NCBI GenBank assembly: GCA_028289675.1
Contig: JANQOL010000444.1
Coordinates: 2,026 to 66,025, forward strand
Source of the DNA: Pirellulaceae bacterium
Lineage (GTDB): Bacteria > Planctomycetota > Planctomycetia > Pirellulales > Pirellulaceae
Reading direction: 5' to 3'
DNA: 64,000 nt
The position numbers and the translations under genes are program-made. Under the pieces are notes generated by a model, which saw only the letters and a program-made list of their open reading frames with translations, ran no database searches and was not told the origin of the DNA. Within the stretch, counting starts at the first letter, position 1. Every line of letters starts with the position of its first letter. Shown here piece by piece: positions 1 to 10,826 of this stretch.

Positions 1-2400
1 CGCCGGGCTGCCAGGCGATGGCTCCCAACCGTATTTGTCAGCCACTTGGGCCGCCCAACTGGTCTTGGCATCGCTCAGCCAACTCTGAACCGCCGAGTCG
101 TTGACCAGAAACACGGTTTGCAGCAAGCTGGGTTCATTCGAACGATCGCAATCGCAATTGGATTCCCGCACGCTGCGACCAAACACAGTCAGGGCGTAAC
201 TCTGGTCATCTCGATTATTGGCGCGTGCACTGGCTCCAGGCTTGGTCAATGCGCGGTCGAGATCCAACTGGCGTGTCTTCTCCGCCAGTTGGTCGTTAGC
301 CACCGCCATCCGCACGGCATCGTAGGTCGCTTCCGCCGACAGGCGCCGCAGTTCGCTACGACTGAAATTTCGCTTATCAAAACGATTGGTCTCATTGGGA
401 ATCCAAGATCGCTGGTAAGTGTCGGAGTTGAGAATCTCGCGGTGCAGCCACTTCAGATCGTAACCGCTATCCACGAAGCCTTGAGCCAGGTAGTCCAGCA
501 GCGGTCCATTGCTTGGAGCATTGGCCAAGTTCAAATCGTCCACGGGATCAACAATGCCTCGGCCAAAGTATTGCGCCCAGACGCGGTTGGCGATGGCCTT
601 GGCAAAGTATGGATTCTCCGGGGAGCGCAACCAGTCCATCAACTTCCCGCGCACGTCGGCTTGATCCAAAGGCACCCAGTCGCTGCCCAGCAGTTTGGCT
701 TGTCGGGGTTTAGCCGGCTGACCCTTTTGTTTCCGAGAAGTTCGAGGAGGTGTGACCACCAGTTCGGGCATTGGCACAACTTTGCCGTCCTTCAGCAGCC
801 CACCCAACTCGCGCCGCAGCTGGTTGCCTTTCACCTTGTTATCGATGCCAAGAGCGCTAACCATCTTGGTAAACTGCTTCTTGGCGTCTGGCGACAAACT
901 ATTCTGTCGTGCTTGAACTCCGCCAAACAGTTGTTCGAATTGATCGAAGTCGGCTTTGGACCACTGATCAAACGGATGTTTGTGGCATTGAGCACATTGG
1001 ATGCGGACACCTAAAAACGAGTAGGCAAATCCAATGGCCCGTTCTTCGGCGGTACGAAAGTTGTTTCGCGCCCAGTAGTGCACCAAGCCGGGACGCTCGG
1101 CGAACAAATCGCCGTCGTTGTCTCGGCAGATGTCACTCATTGCGCGGCAGTAATCTTGATAAGATTCGTCAGGCAAACGGCTGGTAGCGGTGACGATCCC
1201 TTCGACGATTTGGTCATACGGTACGTTGTCTTCCAGACGTTGGTAAATCCACTGATACCATTGGTTGGATGGCCGCACCTGAGTCGGTAAGAAGTTTCTC
1301 AGCTGATCTTCATTGTTGCCGGTGATATCACACAGAAATGTGGTCCACTGAGCGGCATAGGACGGTCGTTCCAGCAGCTCGTTAATCTTGTCCGCGCGTT
1401 TGGTCGGGGACCTGTCTTGCACAAACTCCAGCACCTCTTCCGGCTTCGGCAGCGTTCCCGTGGCATCCAAGGAAGCGCGCCGCAAGAACTCCTCATCGGT
1501 GCAAATCTCAGAAGGCACGATGCCTAGCTTGCGGAGTTTTTGAATGACTAAACGATCGATCTGCGTTCGCGCCGCGACGCGCGGATAGTCGTCTCCCACT
1601 TGCTTCGACACCGGCTGCAGCGACAACACGGGCACGACGGCTTTGTCGTACGACACCACCAAATGCGTGTCGCCAGCTGCCAGAGACGTGACGCGGCCAG
1701 TTTCATCGATCTCGGCGATCGCGGAATCGTTGGATTGGAATCGGCAGAGACAGGTGACATCCTCGGTACTGCCATCTTCCCAGACCGCAATGGCTTTCAG
1801 CTGTTGATGTTGCTTGGCAGCGGTGAAATTCAGCTCGGCAGGCGTCACGACCAACCGCTCCAGTTTCTGTTGCTCACCGGCGTCGAACGGAGCTCCGGCT
1901 TCGATCCAATTCCGTAAGACCCAGTACTCCCAGCCGCCATGTTCGTAGCGTTTGCCGCCATCGTGCATGTCAGCATCGACAGGTTTCGTCAGGATCAAGC
2001 TTTCCAGGTAATCCTCCAGGTCTACCCGACAGCTGTCTTGGTCCAACAGAGCGTCGTAGTCAGCTTTGAAGTCGTAGCCAAACAGTGACAGCTGAAATCC
2101 GCCTTGCCCTTGAAACGAACCATGACACGCACGTCCATTGCAGCCCAGTCGACCAAGCAGCGGTGAAACGTGGCGTTGGAAGTCCGGCACTTCTTTCGTC
2201 GGCGACCGACCTTGCTCGGTTCCAAACCGCCGCGGCAACGGCGCCAACGGTTTGGATCGCGCGGCCTTGGCTGCAGCTGGTTTGGCTTCCGCGGGGTCCG
2301 CCGCCGCGACCGACTGTATGCCGACTCCACTGAACAACAGCAGGCTGGCTAACAGGCTGCGTGCAAAAACACTCTTTGATCGACCAATATGCATACGCAT
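1..2400 (-). CDS. DUF1549/DUF1553 (PSD1-type) planctomycete secreted protein; 3' end lies outside the window
   Basis: Missing from the ORF track because there is no stop in the window. Manual translation from ATG 2400 (AGGAGA upstream) gives [10 protein letters not shown]..., a signal-like segment, then [40 protein letters not shown], a typical planctomycete DUF1549 N-terminal motif. Confidence 0.85.
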   Translation of the reverse strand, partial: [800 protein letters not shown]

Positions 2401-2455
2401 AGTGCTGCGTCTCCTGGGTTGTCTGGCCCCGTGGCCCGCTCGGACCGCCACGGCA

Positions 2456-3133
2456 TCAGTCTTGTGGGTCTTTTTTCTTAGGCTTGGGAACTTGTCGGGC
2501 AATCCGGTTTTGCCAAGTCTTGACCGTCTTGGCAATCACCGCCTCTTGCTCGGCCTGCCGCTGTTGTAGCTGTTGGTTCAGTTGCTTCAACTGCTTTGCC
2601 GCGCGCTCTCGTTGCAACCTGAGCCGCGCCAGATTTTGGTTAAACTCTTTCTCGACCAGTTTCCTTAATCTCGCCTGCAAAGCTGAGTTCTTGTCGTCGC
2701 CTGCCACCGAGATTTCCGCTGCCAGCAAACGCAGCTGGGATCTGGTCTGCCACAGCTTCAACTCGATGGCGTGCAATTCATCGTCGCGTTTGGATAATGT
2801 TTCGAGTCGCTGTGTCGACCGCGCCATTTCTCTGAGGGCTCGTTGATATTGCGCGGGCTGATTGACCTTGAGAAAACTCATCAACTCCAACAGCTTGGGC
2901 TGATGTTGGCCAACAAATGCCAACACAGCTTTCTCGGTCGCCAACAACTTGGCATTCTCGCTCTGCTGTTGATTCTTGGGCTGAACGTCACCTTCCGGAC
3001 TGGAGCGATCCTGACCGTTTCCGGCCTGAGCAAGCGGCGGAAATCGTGTTTTAGCTTTGTCCGAGGGCTGTTCCTCGATCGGACTTGGCGACAGCCAAGG
3101 CGTGGCGGCCACCAGCATCATCATCCAATACAT
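2456..3133 (-). CDS. Secreted coiled-coil hypothetical protein
   Basis: ATG 3133 overlaps the upstream stop (TGATG). Hydrophobic N-terminus and Q/E/K/R/L-rich helical body. Confidence 0.7.
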   Translation of the reverse strand: MYWMMMLVAATPWLSPSPIEEQPSDKAKTRFPPLAQAGNGQDRSSPEGDVQPKNQQQSENAKLLATEKAVLAFVGQHQPKLLELMSFLKVNQPAQYQRALREMARSTQRLETLSKRDDELHAIELKLWQTRSQLRLLAAEISVAGDDKNSALQARLRKLVEKEFNQNLARLRLQRERAAKQLKQLNQQLQQRQAEQEAVIAKTVKTWQNRIARQVPKPKKKDPQD

Positions 3134-3714
3134 CAGATCTCCGCCTCTTGCTGGAAGAACTGTTGCGCGGCTTCGACCATCCAATCGTCTTCAACCCACT
3201 TCTCGGTCGAGTCCATTTCCAAGGCGTTGGAAATCAACGTCTCTTCACCCTCGCCTTCCGACTCCAGCGCCAGCCAGTGCGCCGCCACCGCTGGAAGATC
3301 CTGAGCGGCAATCGCATCTGCGGACCCAGTTGAATTACGACCCAACAGCCCCCAGCAGGAGGCGACCAGCACCGTGGCGGCCACGGTTGCCAGGGCCGTC
3401 CACATCAGACGAGCCGGAACTGGGCGGACCGAGATAGCTTGCTTCGCTGGGATCATCGGCTTCGCTGGCACGCTGTTCGGAGATGCTTGCCCACGGTCAT
3501 CAGACGCGAGTTCGGCCGCCGATGAGAAACATGCCACCTGCCCCACCGACTGGGCCACCTGCCAGGCCAATTGCTCGTCGGTCGCCATTCGCGCTTCGAA
3601 CGATTCGCGATCCAGGGTGTCATCGCCTAGCACATACCGATCGACGTCCCATTGCCGCGCTTCTTCAGGCGATAAATCGGCCCAGTTCTTATCGCTGTGT
3701 TCGTCAGTTTTCAT
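3133..3714 (-). CDS. Putative membrane anti-sigma factor
   Basis: Overlaps the ECF sigma gene by 11 nt. N-terminal 'DRYVLG...FEARMA' anti-sigma-like helix and a single TM segment (LMWTALATVAATVLVASCW). Confidence 0.65.
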   Translation of the reverse strand: MKTDEHSDKNWADLSPEEARQWDVDRYVLGDDTLDRESFEARMATDEQLAWQVAQSVGQVACFSSAAELASDDRGQASPNSVPAKPMIPAKQAISVRPVPARLMWTALATVAATVLVASCWGLLGRNSTGSADAIAAQDLPAVAAHWLALESEGEGEETLISNALEMDSTEKWVEDDWMVEAAQQFFQQEAEI

Positions 3715-4243
3715 CTAACAATTTCGCCCTCAGTTTCTTGAGTGCCAGTCGCATTCTGGACAGTGTGGTTCCCAACGGCAGTTGCAGCTCGTTCGCGATT
3801 TCTTGAAAACTCAGTTGCTCGACCAACCGTTTTTGCACAACTTGGCGCTGCTCCTCTGGCAAGTCCGCCACAGCTTGCCGGAGTCGCTCGCGGTCTTCCT
3901 GGGCTTCCCACGGCGGTCTCCCCCAACTTTGCTGGGCCGTCGTTTGCGTCAAATGCTGCTGAACCAAGTCTGAGCCGACTTGTGTTCGACGATGTTGGCG
4001 GCGCAGATTCAATGCCTGGAACTGAACTGTTCGCACCAACCAACCTCTGCGATCCGCCTCCGCCACTTGATTCCATTTTTCAGCCAGCAACCCAAAAGCT
4101 TCTTGAACCGCGTCGGCGGCCAAAGCCCAATCTCTGACAATCGCCCAGGCAATACGCTCCAATGGCATCGAAAAATCGGCATGGAGCTGCTCTAAATCAC
4201 GAGCAATCTCATCTGGTTCCTCAGATGTCGGGCTCGAATTCAC
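3704..4243 (-). CDS. ECF RNA polymerase sigma factor (sigma-70 family)
   Basis: Region 2 'AADAVQEAF...GWL' and region 4 'LPEEQRQV...LSFQEIANELQLPLGTTLSRMRLALKKLR'. Confidence 0.93.
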   Translation of the reverse strand: MNSSPTSEEPDEIARDLEQLHADFSMPLERIAWAIVRDWALAADAVQEAFGLLAEKWNQVAEADRRGWLVRTVQFQALNLRRQHRRTQVGSDLVQQHLTQTTAQQSWGRPPWEAQEDRERLRQAVADLPEEQRQVVQKRLVEQLSFQEIANELQLPLGTTLSRMRLALKKLRAKLLDEN

Positions 4244-4562
4244 TCCACGGAACCTTCCAGCGGGGCTCGCTAATTGAGTTATGTCAGCACGCTGGGGTTT
4301 TATTCACCGCCAGAAAAAAAATTCTTGGATCCCAGCTGAAGGCAGCTCAAACTAGTGGCAGCGGGCGGTAGGGACACAAGCGGACTTCGGTGCCGCCCGA
4401 TCGATAAGTGGTCCCAGGTGGGATGTCGCCAGCTGGTTGTTTGCAGGTGCAGCTTGGGTTGCTTGCAAGCCGCAGTGTGCTGGTCACAATGGCATTCTAA
4501 TGCTAGCGTGCGATCTCATGGGCAAATCCTAGGAACCAACATCTGCGAAGGAAACTCGCCAC

Positions 4563-5558
4563 GTGGGCACGGAAGATCGACAGAAGTACTGGATCGGGTT
4601 CGATTTGGGCGGCACGAAAATGCAGTGCACGCTGTTCGATCCATCTCTGAACAAAATTGGCTGCCGCCGCCGCCGCACGAAGGGTGAATCTGGCGTCGAA
4701 GCGGGATTGGAACGCATTGAATCGACGATCAACAAATTGCTCGAAGAGCAAAAGGTAACCCACGACCAGCTGCAAGGTATCGGGATTGGCTGTCCCGGGC
4801 CGGTGGAATGGGACCGAGGCGTCGTGCGAATTGCGGTCAACTTGGGCTGGAAAAATGTGGCCGTGGGCAGCTTCCTGACCAAGAAGTTCGGGTGTCCGAC
4901 GATTGTGCTAAATGACGTGGATGCCGGCGTCTACGGGGAATATGTGGCCGGCGCCGGTCAAGGTTCACGGACCACCGTGGGGATCTTTCCGGGCACTGGT
5001 ATCGGTGGCGGCTGTGTCTACGACGGCCAAATACTGCGTGGCCGGGTCGTAAGCTGTATGGAAGTCGGTCACATCAAGATCGCCGGCTCCGAACGACCTG
5101 GAGCCACTGGGATGCCGGGCACGCTGGAAACGGAAGCCAGCCGTTTAGCCATCGCCGGAGAAATGGCCAAGTTGGCCTACCGGGGAGAAGCCAAGTTTCT
5201 GCAGGGCGAAATCGGCACGGAGCTGGGAGCCATCCGTAGCAAAGTCATTGCCGAGTCAATTGCCAAAGGCGATTCTGAGGTCGCTCGCGTCGTGGATGAT
5301 GCTTGCGATATGATTGGCTACGCGGTCGCCAACCTCGTCCTGCTGATGTGTCCCGATCGAATCGTGTTAGGTGGCGGACTGGTTGAAGCCATGCCCGAAC
5401 GGATCGTCAAACGTGTTGGCAAAATCGCCAAAGAACATGTGTTTGAATGCTATCGCGACGAGTTTGAAGTGCGGGCCGCCAAACTGGGAGACGATGCGGC
5501 TACGGTCGGAGCCGCCGCCTGGGCCAAGAAAATGATCACGGAAAAGGCGCTGACCTGA
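4563..5558 (+). CDS. ROK family sugar kinase (glucokinase-like)
   Basis: Motifs GFDLGGTK, GCPGP, NDVDAG, GTGIGGG, EVGH, LGGGL. Confidence 0.9.
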   Translation: MGTEDRQKYWIGFDLGGTKMQCTLFDPSLNKIGCRRRRTKGESGVEAGLERIESTINKLLEEQKVTHDQLQGIGIGCPGPVEWDRGVVRIAVNLGWKNVAVGSFLTKKFGCPTIVLNDVDAGVYGEYVAGAGQGSRTTVGIFPGTGIGGGCVYDGQILRGRVVSCMEVGHIKIAGSERPGATGMPGTLETEASRLAIAGEMAKLAYRGEAKFLQGEIGTELGAIRSKVIAESIAKGDSEVARVVDDACDMIGYAVANLVLLMCPDRIVLGGGLVEAMPERIVKRVGKIAKEHVFECYRDEFEVRAAKLGDDAATVGAAAWAKKMITEKALT

Positions 5559-5655
5559 TCCGTCCCGAGAAACCGGTCTGCATCGCATTGGCGGCCGATT
5601 TATGCTCTACTCGCAGCCGTGGCCAGTTCAGACCAGCAATTTGCGAGGCGAGCAA

Positions 5656-5973
5656 ATGTTCGAAAACATGTCACCCCTAACCGGCCTGGTGTGTGGAACT
5701 ATCATCGGTGCTCTGTTGACGGTCACTCTCAGTTTTCCCCGGGTGGCCCGAGCCATCGGCAAGATCTTCGCAGTCGGTCTAATGGGCTGTGGAGCCGGGC
5801 TGTGCACGTGGGGCATGATGTCCAGCTTGAGCCAAGGCGAGTTCACGACATTGCAAGTCGGCCCGGTGACCTTTGTTACTGCCGCCCAAACACTGGGCTG
5901 GGGCGTGGGCTCCCTAGTAGCCGGTATCACCGCACTGGTCCTCTCCTTCGTCGGCTCGTCAGCGTCCAACTGA
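5656..5973 (+). CDS. Small membrane protein (about 3 TM)
   Basis: Three hydrophobic segments; GAGG upstream of ATG 5656. Alternative start 5602. Confidence 0.6.
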   Translation: MFENMSPLTGLVCGTIIGALLTVTLSFPRVARAIGKIFAVGLMGCGAGLCTWGMMSSLSQGEFTTLQVGPVTFVTAAQTLGWGVGSLVAGITALVLSFVGSSASN

Positions 5974-6389
5974 AGCAGCTGGATACGTTCGCGCGTCTTC
6001 TTCGCAGTCGCGGTGTCCGCGAACCGAACGGTGTCGCAACCAATTCATGAACGCAACCAGCCGACGCGCGCCGTGCCCGTTGGCTGCGTCCTGCTAGCTG
6101 CGGGGGCGTGCAAGCCTCGCCACACTTCGCCTGTCCGGTCGCTACGATCGATACAATTGATTTCGGCGGGCCGCATGGCTTTTCGCCCGCCCTACGTCTA
6201 TCCTTAAACCAGTTGTTCAATCCAGGGCCACCATCGGTCGGTGGTAACCGAGGTCTCTCTGCTTGCCAGTGCCCCCGCTTGCCAGTGTCTCCGCTTACCA
6301 GGGGGCCATGATATGGCTGAAGCCAGATTGCTGTGTGGGCCGCCCTCGGACCTTTCCTGGGCACCGTTCCAGTGCATTTAAAGAGTCCG

Positions 6390-8507
6390 ATGCCGATCGA
6401 CCCCGACCACTACATCAATCGAGAAATCAGCTGGCTCGAATTCAATCAAAGGGTGCTGGACCAGGCCCTAGATGACAGTATCCCACTGTTGGAACGCCTC
6501 AAGTTCCTGGCCATTACCAGCAGTAACTTGGACGAATTCTTCATGGTCCGCGTGGGAGGTTTGCGGCTGCAGATGCGTGCTGGCGCCGCGTCTACTGACC
6601 CGTCCGGCATGACGGTGTCGGAACAGTTGGAAGCCATTTACGGGCGGACGGCCAGCATGTTGCAGTGCCAGTACGAGGCCTATCTGCAAGTCATCGAGCC
6701 GTCTTTGGCCCAGCACGGGATCCAACGTGTCCACGTCGCGAACAGCAGCGTGCGCCACCAGGAGGTCGCCAAACAAATCTTCGAAGACGAGATTTTCGCG
6801 GTGTTGTCTCCGATGGGCGTCGATTCTGGCAGTGAGTTTCCCTTGCTCCAAGCTCGAGCCCTGTATGTCTGTGTGCAGCTGGCCGTGCCCGATGAGGATC
6901 CTGCGTTCCGCTTCGCGGTGATTCCCATTGGCAAGGCCATTCCACGCGTTTTGACACTGCCCACGGACCAAGGATTTTCCTTTGCGTTCCTAGAAGAACT
7001 GGTCAGCAGCTATGTGGCCGAATTTTTTCCGGGCGAAGAAGTGCTGGGCACGGCTTCGTTCCGCATTACCCGGAACGCGGATGTGAGCCTGCAGGAAGAT
7101 TCCGCCTCGGACCTGCTGCACGGCATGAAAGCAATGCTCCAGCAGCGCAAGACCGCCGACTGTGTCCGATTAGAGATCGACCGGGATGCACCTGCGGAGA
7201 TGATCCAGTTCCTGCAAACCAATCTGGAGATTGGCGATCGTGAAACGGCCCGCTTGCCCACGCCGCTGGACCTGTCGGTATTGATGCATCTGTCAGGCAT
7301 CGAAGGCTTCGATCACCTGCGCAACGAACCTTGGCCACCGCAGGCCAGTCCGCTCATCGATCCGACTCAAAGCATGTTCGCGACCATCGCGCAGCGAGAC
7401 GTGATGTTGTGTCATCCGTACGAGAGTTTTCAACCGGTGGTACGCCTAATCGAAGAGGCCGCCGATGATCCGGATGTCCTGGCCATCAAACAGACGTTGT
7501 ACCGCACCAGCCGAGACAGCGCGATCGTGTCTGCGCTGCGTCGCGCTGGCGAGCGTGGCAAATACGTGACCGCAGTTGTCGAGCTAAAAGCGCGTTTCGA
7601 TGAAGCTCGAAACATCGAATGGGCGCAAGAGTTGGAAGAAGCGGGTGTGCAGGTCATCTATGGTGTCAAGCACCTTAAAACACACGCCAAAGTGTGCATC
7701 ATCGTCCGCCGGGAACCGCAGGGCATTGTGCGCTATATGCACTTTGGTACCGGCAACTACAACGAGTCCACGGCGCACTTGTACAGCGACATGAGTCTGC
7801 TGACTTGCGACGACGAACTCGGCAAAGACGCCAGCGCGTTCTTCAATGCGATTACGGGATACAGCCAGCCACAACAATATCACCAGCTCGAGGCGGCTCC
7901 TCTGGGGCTGCGAAAGAAGCTGCTCAGTTTGATCGACGCCGAAATTGAGCGCAAGAAACAAGGCCAGCGGGCGTCCATCGCCGCCAAACTGAACGCGTTG
8001 GTCGACCCAAGTTTGATTGACGCCCTATACCGAGCGTCCATGGCCGGTGTAACGGTGCAATTGAACATTCGAGGCATCTGCTGCTTGCGTCCCGGCATCC
8101 CGGGCCTGAGCGAAAATATTACGGTAGTCAGTATCGTCGACCGTTTGTTGGAGCACGCCCGCCTGGTGTACTTTCACCACGGCGGCGATGAGTTGGCCTT
8201 CATCAGCAGCGCGGACTGGATGCCCCGCAATCTGGACAAGCGTTTGGAGTTGTTGGTTCCAGTGTCCGATCCAACCTGCAAAAAGCGGTTGGTATCCATC
8301 TTGAGTGCCTATTTTCAGGACAACTGTCATGCCTGGAAATTGCAGCCCGACGGAACCTACCAACGCAACCAGCAGCAGGATAACGCGTTGCGCTCTCAAG
8401 CCGTGCTGTACCAAGCCGCTGTGGACGCCATCCGGCAAGCCGAACAGAAACGCCGGACCCTGTTTGAGCCACATCAACCCGCCGCTCGCGCATCCTCCAA
8501 GCCATAA
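6390..8507 (+). CDS. ppk1: Polyphosphate kinase 1
   Basis: YINREISWLEFNQRVL, SNLDEFFMVRV, ELKARFDE, KTHAK (phospho-His), GTGNYN, SSADWMPRNL. Confidence 0.97.
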   Translation: MPIDPDHYINREISWLEFNQRVLDQALDDSIPLLERLKFLAITSSNLDEFFMVRVGGLRLQMRAGAASTDPSGMTVSEQLEAIYGRTASMLQCQYEAYLQVIEPSLAQHGIQRVHVANSSVRHQEVAKQIFEDEIFAVLSPMGVDSGSEFPLLQARALYVCVQLAVPDEDPAFRFAVIPIGKAIPRVLTLPTDQGFSFAFLEELVSSYVAEFFPGEEVLGTASFRITRNADVSLQEDSASDLLHGMKAMLQQRKTADCVRLEIDRDAPAEMIQFLQTNLEIGDRETARLPTPLDLSVLMHLSGIEGFDHLRNEPWPPQASPLIDPTQSMFATIAQRDVMLCHPYESFQPVVRLIEEAADDPDVLAIKQTLYRTSRDSAIVSALRRAGERGKYVTAVVELKARFDEARNIEWAQELEEAGVQVIYGVKHLKTHAKVCIIVRREPQGIVRYMHFGTGNYNESTAHLYSDMSLLTCDDELGKDASAFFNAITGYSQPQQYHQLEAAPLGLRKKLLSLIDAEIERKKQGQRASIAAKLNALVDPSLIDALYRASMAGVTVQLNIRGICCLRPGIPGLSENITVVSIVDRLLEHARLVYFHHGGDELAFISSADWMPRNLDKRLELLVPVSDPTCKKRLVSILSAYFQDNCHAWKLQPDGTYQRNQQQDNALRSQAVLYQAAVDAIRQAEQKRRTLFEPHQPAARASSKP

Positions 8508-8765
8508 ATCCCCCGCCTATTCGCCGGTCAACATCGCTTCACCGCCAGAATGGATCCTACTTGCTCGGTAGACAGAGTCGCCATCCGGTGGAAAACGTCA
8601 CTGCTTAGCAAACAGGATCTCTGTTTAGCAGACAGGATCACTGCGAACTACAATCGAACATGTTCCCACCGTTTGTGCGAGCCGTTCGTGTCGGGCTGTG
8701 GCTACGCGGGACATCTTGCGAAGACACCGATAACGAACTTCTTTACGCCGGAGGTCCGATCTTCT

Positions 8766-10826
8766 ATGCAAGCCCGTACGCGTCTTCCCGCCAACGCCGT
8801 GCTGAGTGTTCTTTGGCTAGCGACTTGCGCCGTGTTCGCTCCGCCCTGCCCCGGACAATCGGCTCTGCGCGATCTCAATACTCACTGCCCATTCAATCCA
8901 CCGGTCGACCGAGCAGCCTGGGAGGCTCGCGCTCACGATGTGCGTTTGCAGTTGCAAGTCAGCACTGGAATGTTCCCCATTCCTGAACTGGATCCAGTCT
9001 CACCCAACATCTACGGCTTGATTCGGCGAGACGATTACACCATCGAGAAGGTTACTTTTGAAAGTCTTCCGGGCTTGTACGTCACGGGCAACCTTTATCG
9101 GCCCACCGACACTCCGGCCGGGCAAGCGTTACCTGGCGTGTTGTGCCCGCATGGCCACTGGCAAGATGCCCGCTTCTATGCTGCTTCGGAGCCTGAGATC
9201 AAGCAGTTGCTGGCTAGCGGGGCCGAGCGTTTTGAGACGGCGGCACGCAATCACATCCAAGCCCGTTGCGTACAGTTGGCGCGGATGGGCTGCGTTGTAT
9301 TTCACTGGGACATGTTGGGCTACTGCGACAGCATGCAGATCAATCACGAGCGGGCGCATCGATTTGCCAGCCAAGCCGCGGAGCACGCACAAAACGCGGA
9401 TGGTTGGCTTCTGTACAGTCCGCTAGCCGAAGCGCACTGCCAGTCCGTGCTGGGGCTACAGACGCTGGCCACTCGCCGCGCCACGGAGATGCTGCTCTCG
9501 CTGCCGGAAATCGATCCCGAACGTATCGCCATCACGGGTGCCAGTGGCGGAGGTACTCAATCATTTGTCGGCGCGGCATTGGACCAGCGGATACGCATCG
9601 CCTTTCCAGCTGTCATGGTCAGCACGGGCATGCAAGGCGGCTGTACGTGTGAAAACGCGTGTCTATTGCGAACCGGAACCGGCAACGTCGAACTGGCTGC
9701 CTTAATCGCACCTCGCCCCTTGGGCCTAACTGCGGCCGATGATTGGACGCGCACCATGCCCGAGGACGGTTACCCTGAATTGCAAAAACTGTACGAACTG
9801 GTCGATGCTCCGTCGCGGGTGCAGCTGTTTCCGGAACTGCATTTCGGGCACAACTTCAATCACGTTTGCCGTACACACCTCTACACTTGGATCAATCAGC
9901 AGTTTCAGTTGGGCCAAGAAGCCCCGGTTCTCGAACGCGATTTCGAGCTGGCTTCCCGCGACGAGCTGACCGTGTGGGACTCCGATCACCCTCAACCCCC
10001 GGGCGGCGAAGCGTTTGAGCGCCGCTTGCTGGGCTTATGGGCGGAAATCGTACACGGCCAAATGGACGGACTTCTCAAGGGCGACCGCTTTCAGATCGCA
10101 CAGCTGCACCAAATACTCCATTCCGGCTGGCGCGTCTGCCTCGGTCTCACTACTAAACAATTAGACGGTCAGCTGGTTCGCCAAGACGATCGCATGTCGG
10201 TTGAGAGCCTTCATGATGGAAGCTGGATCCTGTCGCCTGAGGCAACCGATCGTCAGACCAGTGCGGCCGCGCAGCAGTACGTCCGCATTCGTGTGGAATC
10301 TGGTGACGAGACGAGCGTCTGGTTGTTTCCGACGGCAGTCGACGGCCCCCAGCCCCTGGTGGACAATCCTCGCCTGGCCGCCGCCTACACGTACGCTTAC
10401 AACCTGCCGCAGTTCAGCCAGGCGGCGCGCCGACTAGGATTAACCCTGCGATTACTGCACCAGCACCAAGCTGAGGTGACGGATAGCACAAATGACGGTA
10501 ACGGCGGCCAGCGGATTCGCGTTTCTGGCACAGGGTTGGGCGCTGCACTGGCCGCCGCTGGTGTCCTCGTCGCCCAGGACGGAACTGACGAAAAACTTGC
10601 GTTCCAATTGCAGTTGGCTCCAGACACGTTTGAATTCGGCGGTGCCAGTTCGATTCGCGATCCCGGATTCTTACCCGGCGCGGTCCGCTACTGGGACCTA
10701 CCCGGCTTGGTCAGCTGCCTGCGGCACACGGATATGCAGATTGCGGACGACAACGCGGAAGCTTTCAAAAGGCTGGCCCGGTTAGTGCATTTTGGTGGGA
10801 GCCGATTGCAAACAGATCCACGCTAG
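8766..10826 (+). CDS. Secreted alpha/beta hydrolase (acetyl-xylan-esterase-like)
   Basis: GGAGG before ATG 8766, signal peptide, PGVLCPHGHW, nucleophile elbow TGASGGGTQ, GGCTCEN, GHNFN. Confidence 0.8.
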   Translation: MQARTRLPANAVLSVLWLATCAVFAPPCPGQSALRDLNTHCPFNPPVDRAAWEARAHDVRLQLQVSTGMFPIPELDPVSPNIYGLIRRDDYTIEKVTFESLPGLYVTGNLYRPTDTPAGQALPGVLCPHGHWQDARFYAASEPEIKQLLASGAERFETAARNHIQARCVQLARMGCVVFHWDMLGYCDSMQINHERAHRFASQAAEHAQNADGWLLYSPLAEAHCQSVLGLQTLATRRATEMLLSLPEIDPERIAITGASGGGTQSFVGAALDQRIRIAFPAVMVSTGMQGGCTCENACLLRTGTGNVELAALIAPRPLGLTAADDWTRTMPEDGYPELQKLYELVDAPSRVQLFPELHFGHNFNHVCRTHLYTWINQQFQLGQEAPVLERDFELASRDELTVWDSDHPQPPGGEAFERRLLGLWAEIVHGQMDGLLKGDRFQIAQLHQILHSGWRVCLGLTTKQLDGQLVRQDDRMSVESLHDGSWILSPEATDRQTSAAAQQYVRIRVESGDETSVWLFPTAVDGPQPLVDNPRLAAAYTYAYNLPQFSQAARRLGLTLRLLHQHQAEVTDSTNDGNGGQRIRVSGTGLGAALAAAGVLVAQDGTDEKLAFQLQLAPDTFEFGGASSIRDPGFLPGAVRYWDLPGLVSCLRHTDMQIADDNAEAFKRLARLVHFGGSRLQTDPR

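Noticed and set aside
46-1014. 322-aa + strand ORF
   Set aside because: Antisense shadow of the DUF1549/1553 gene on the minus strand.
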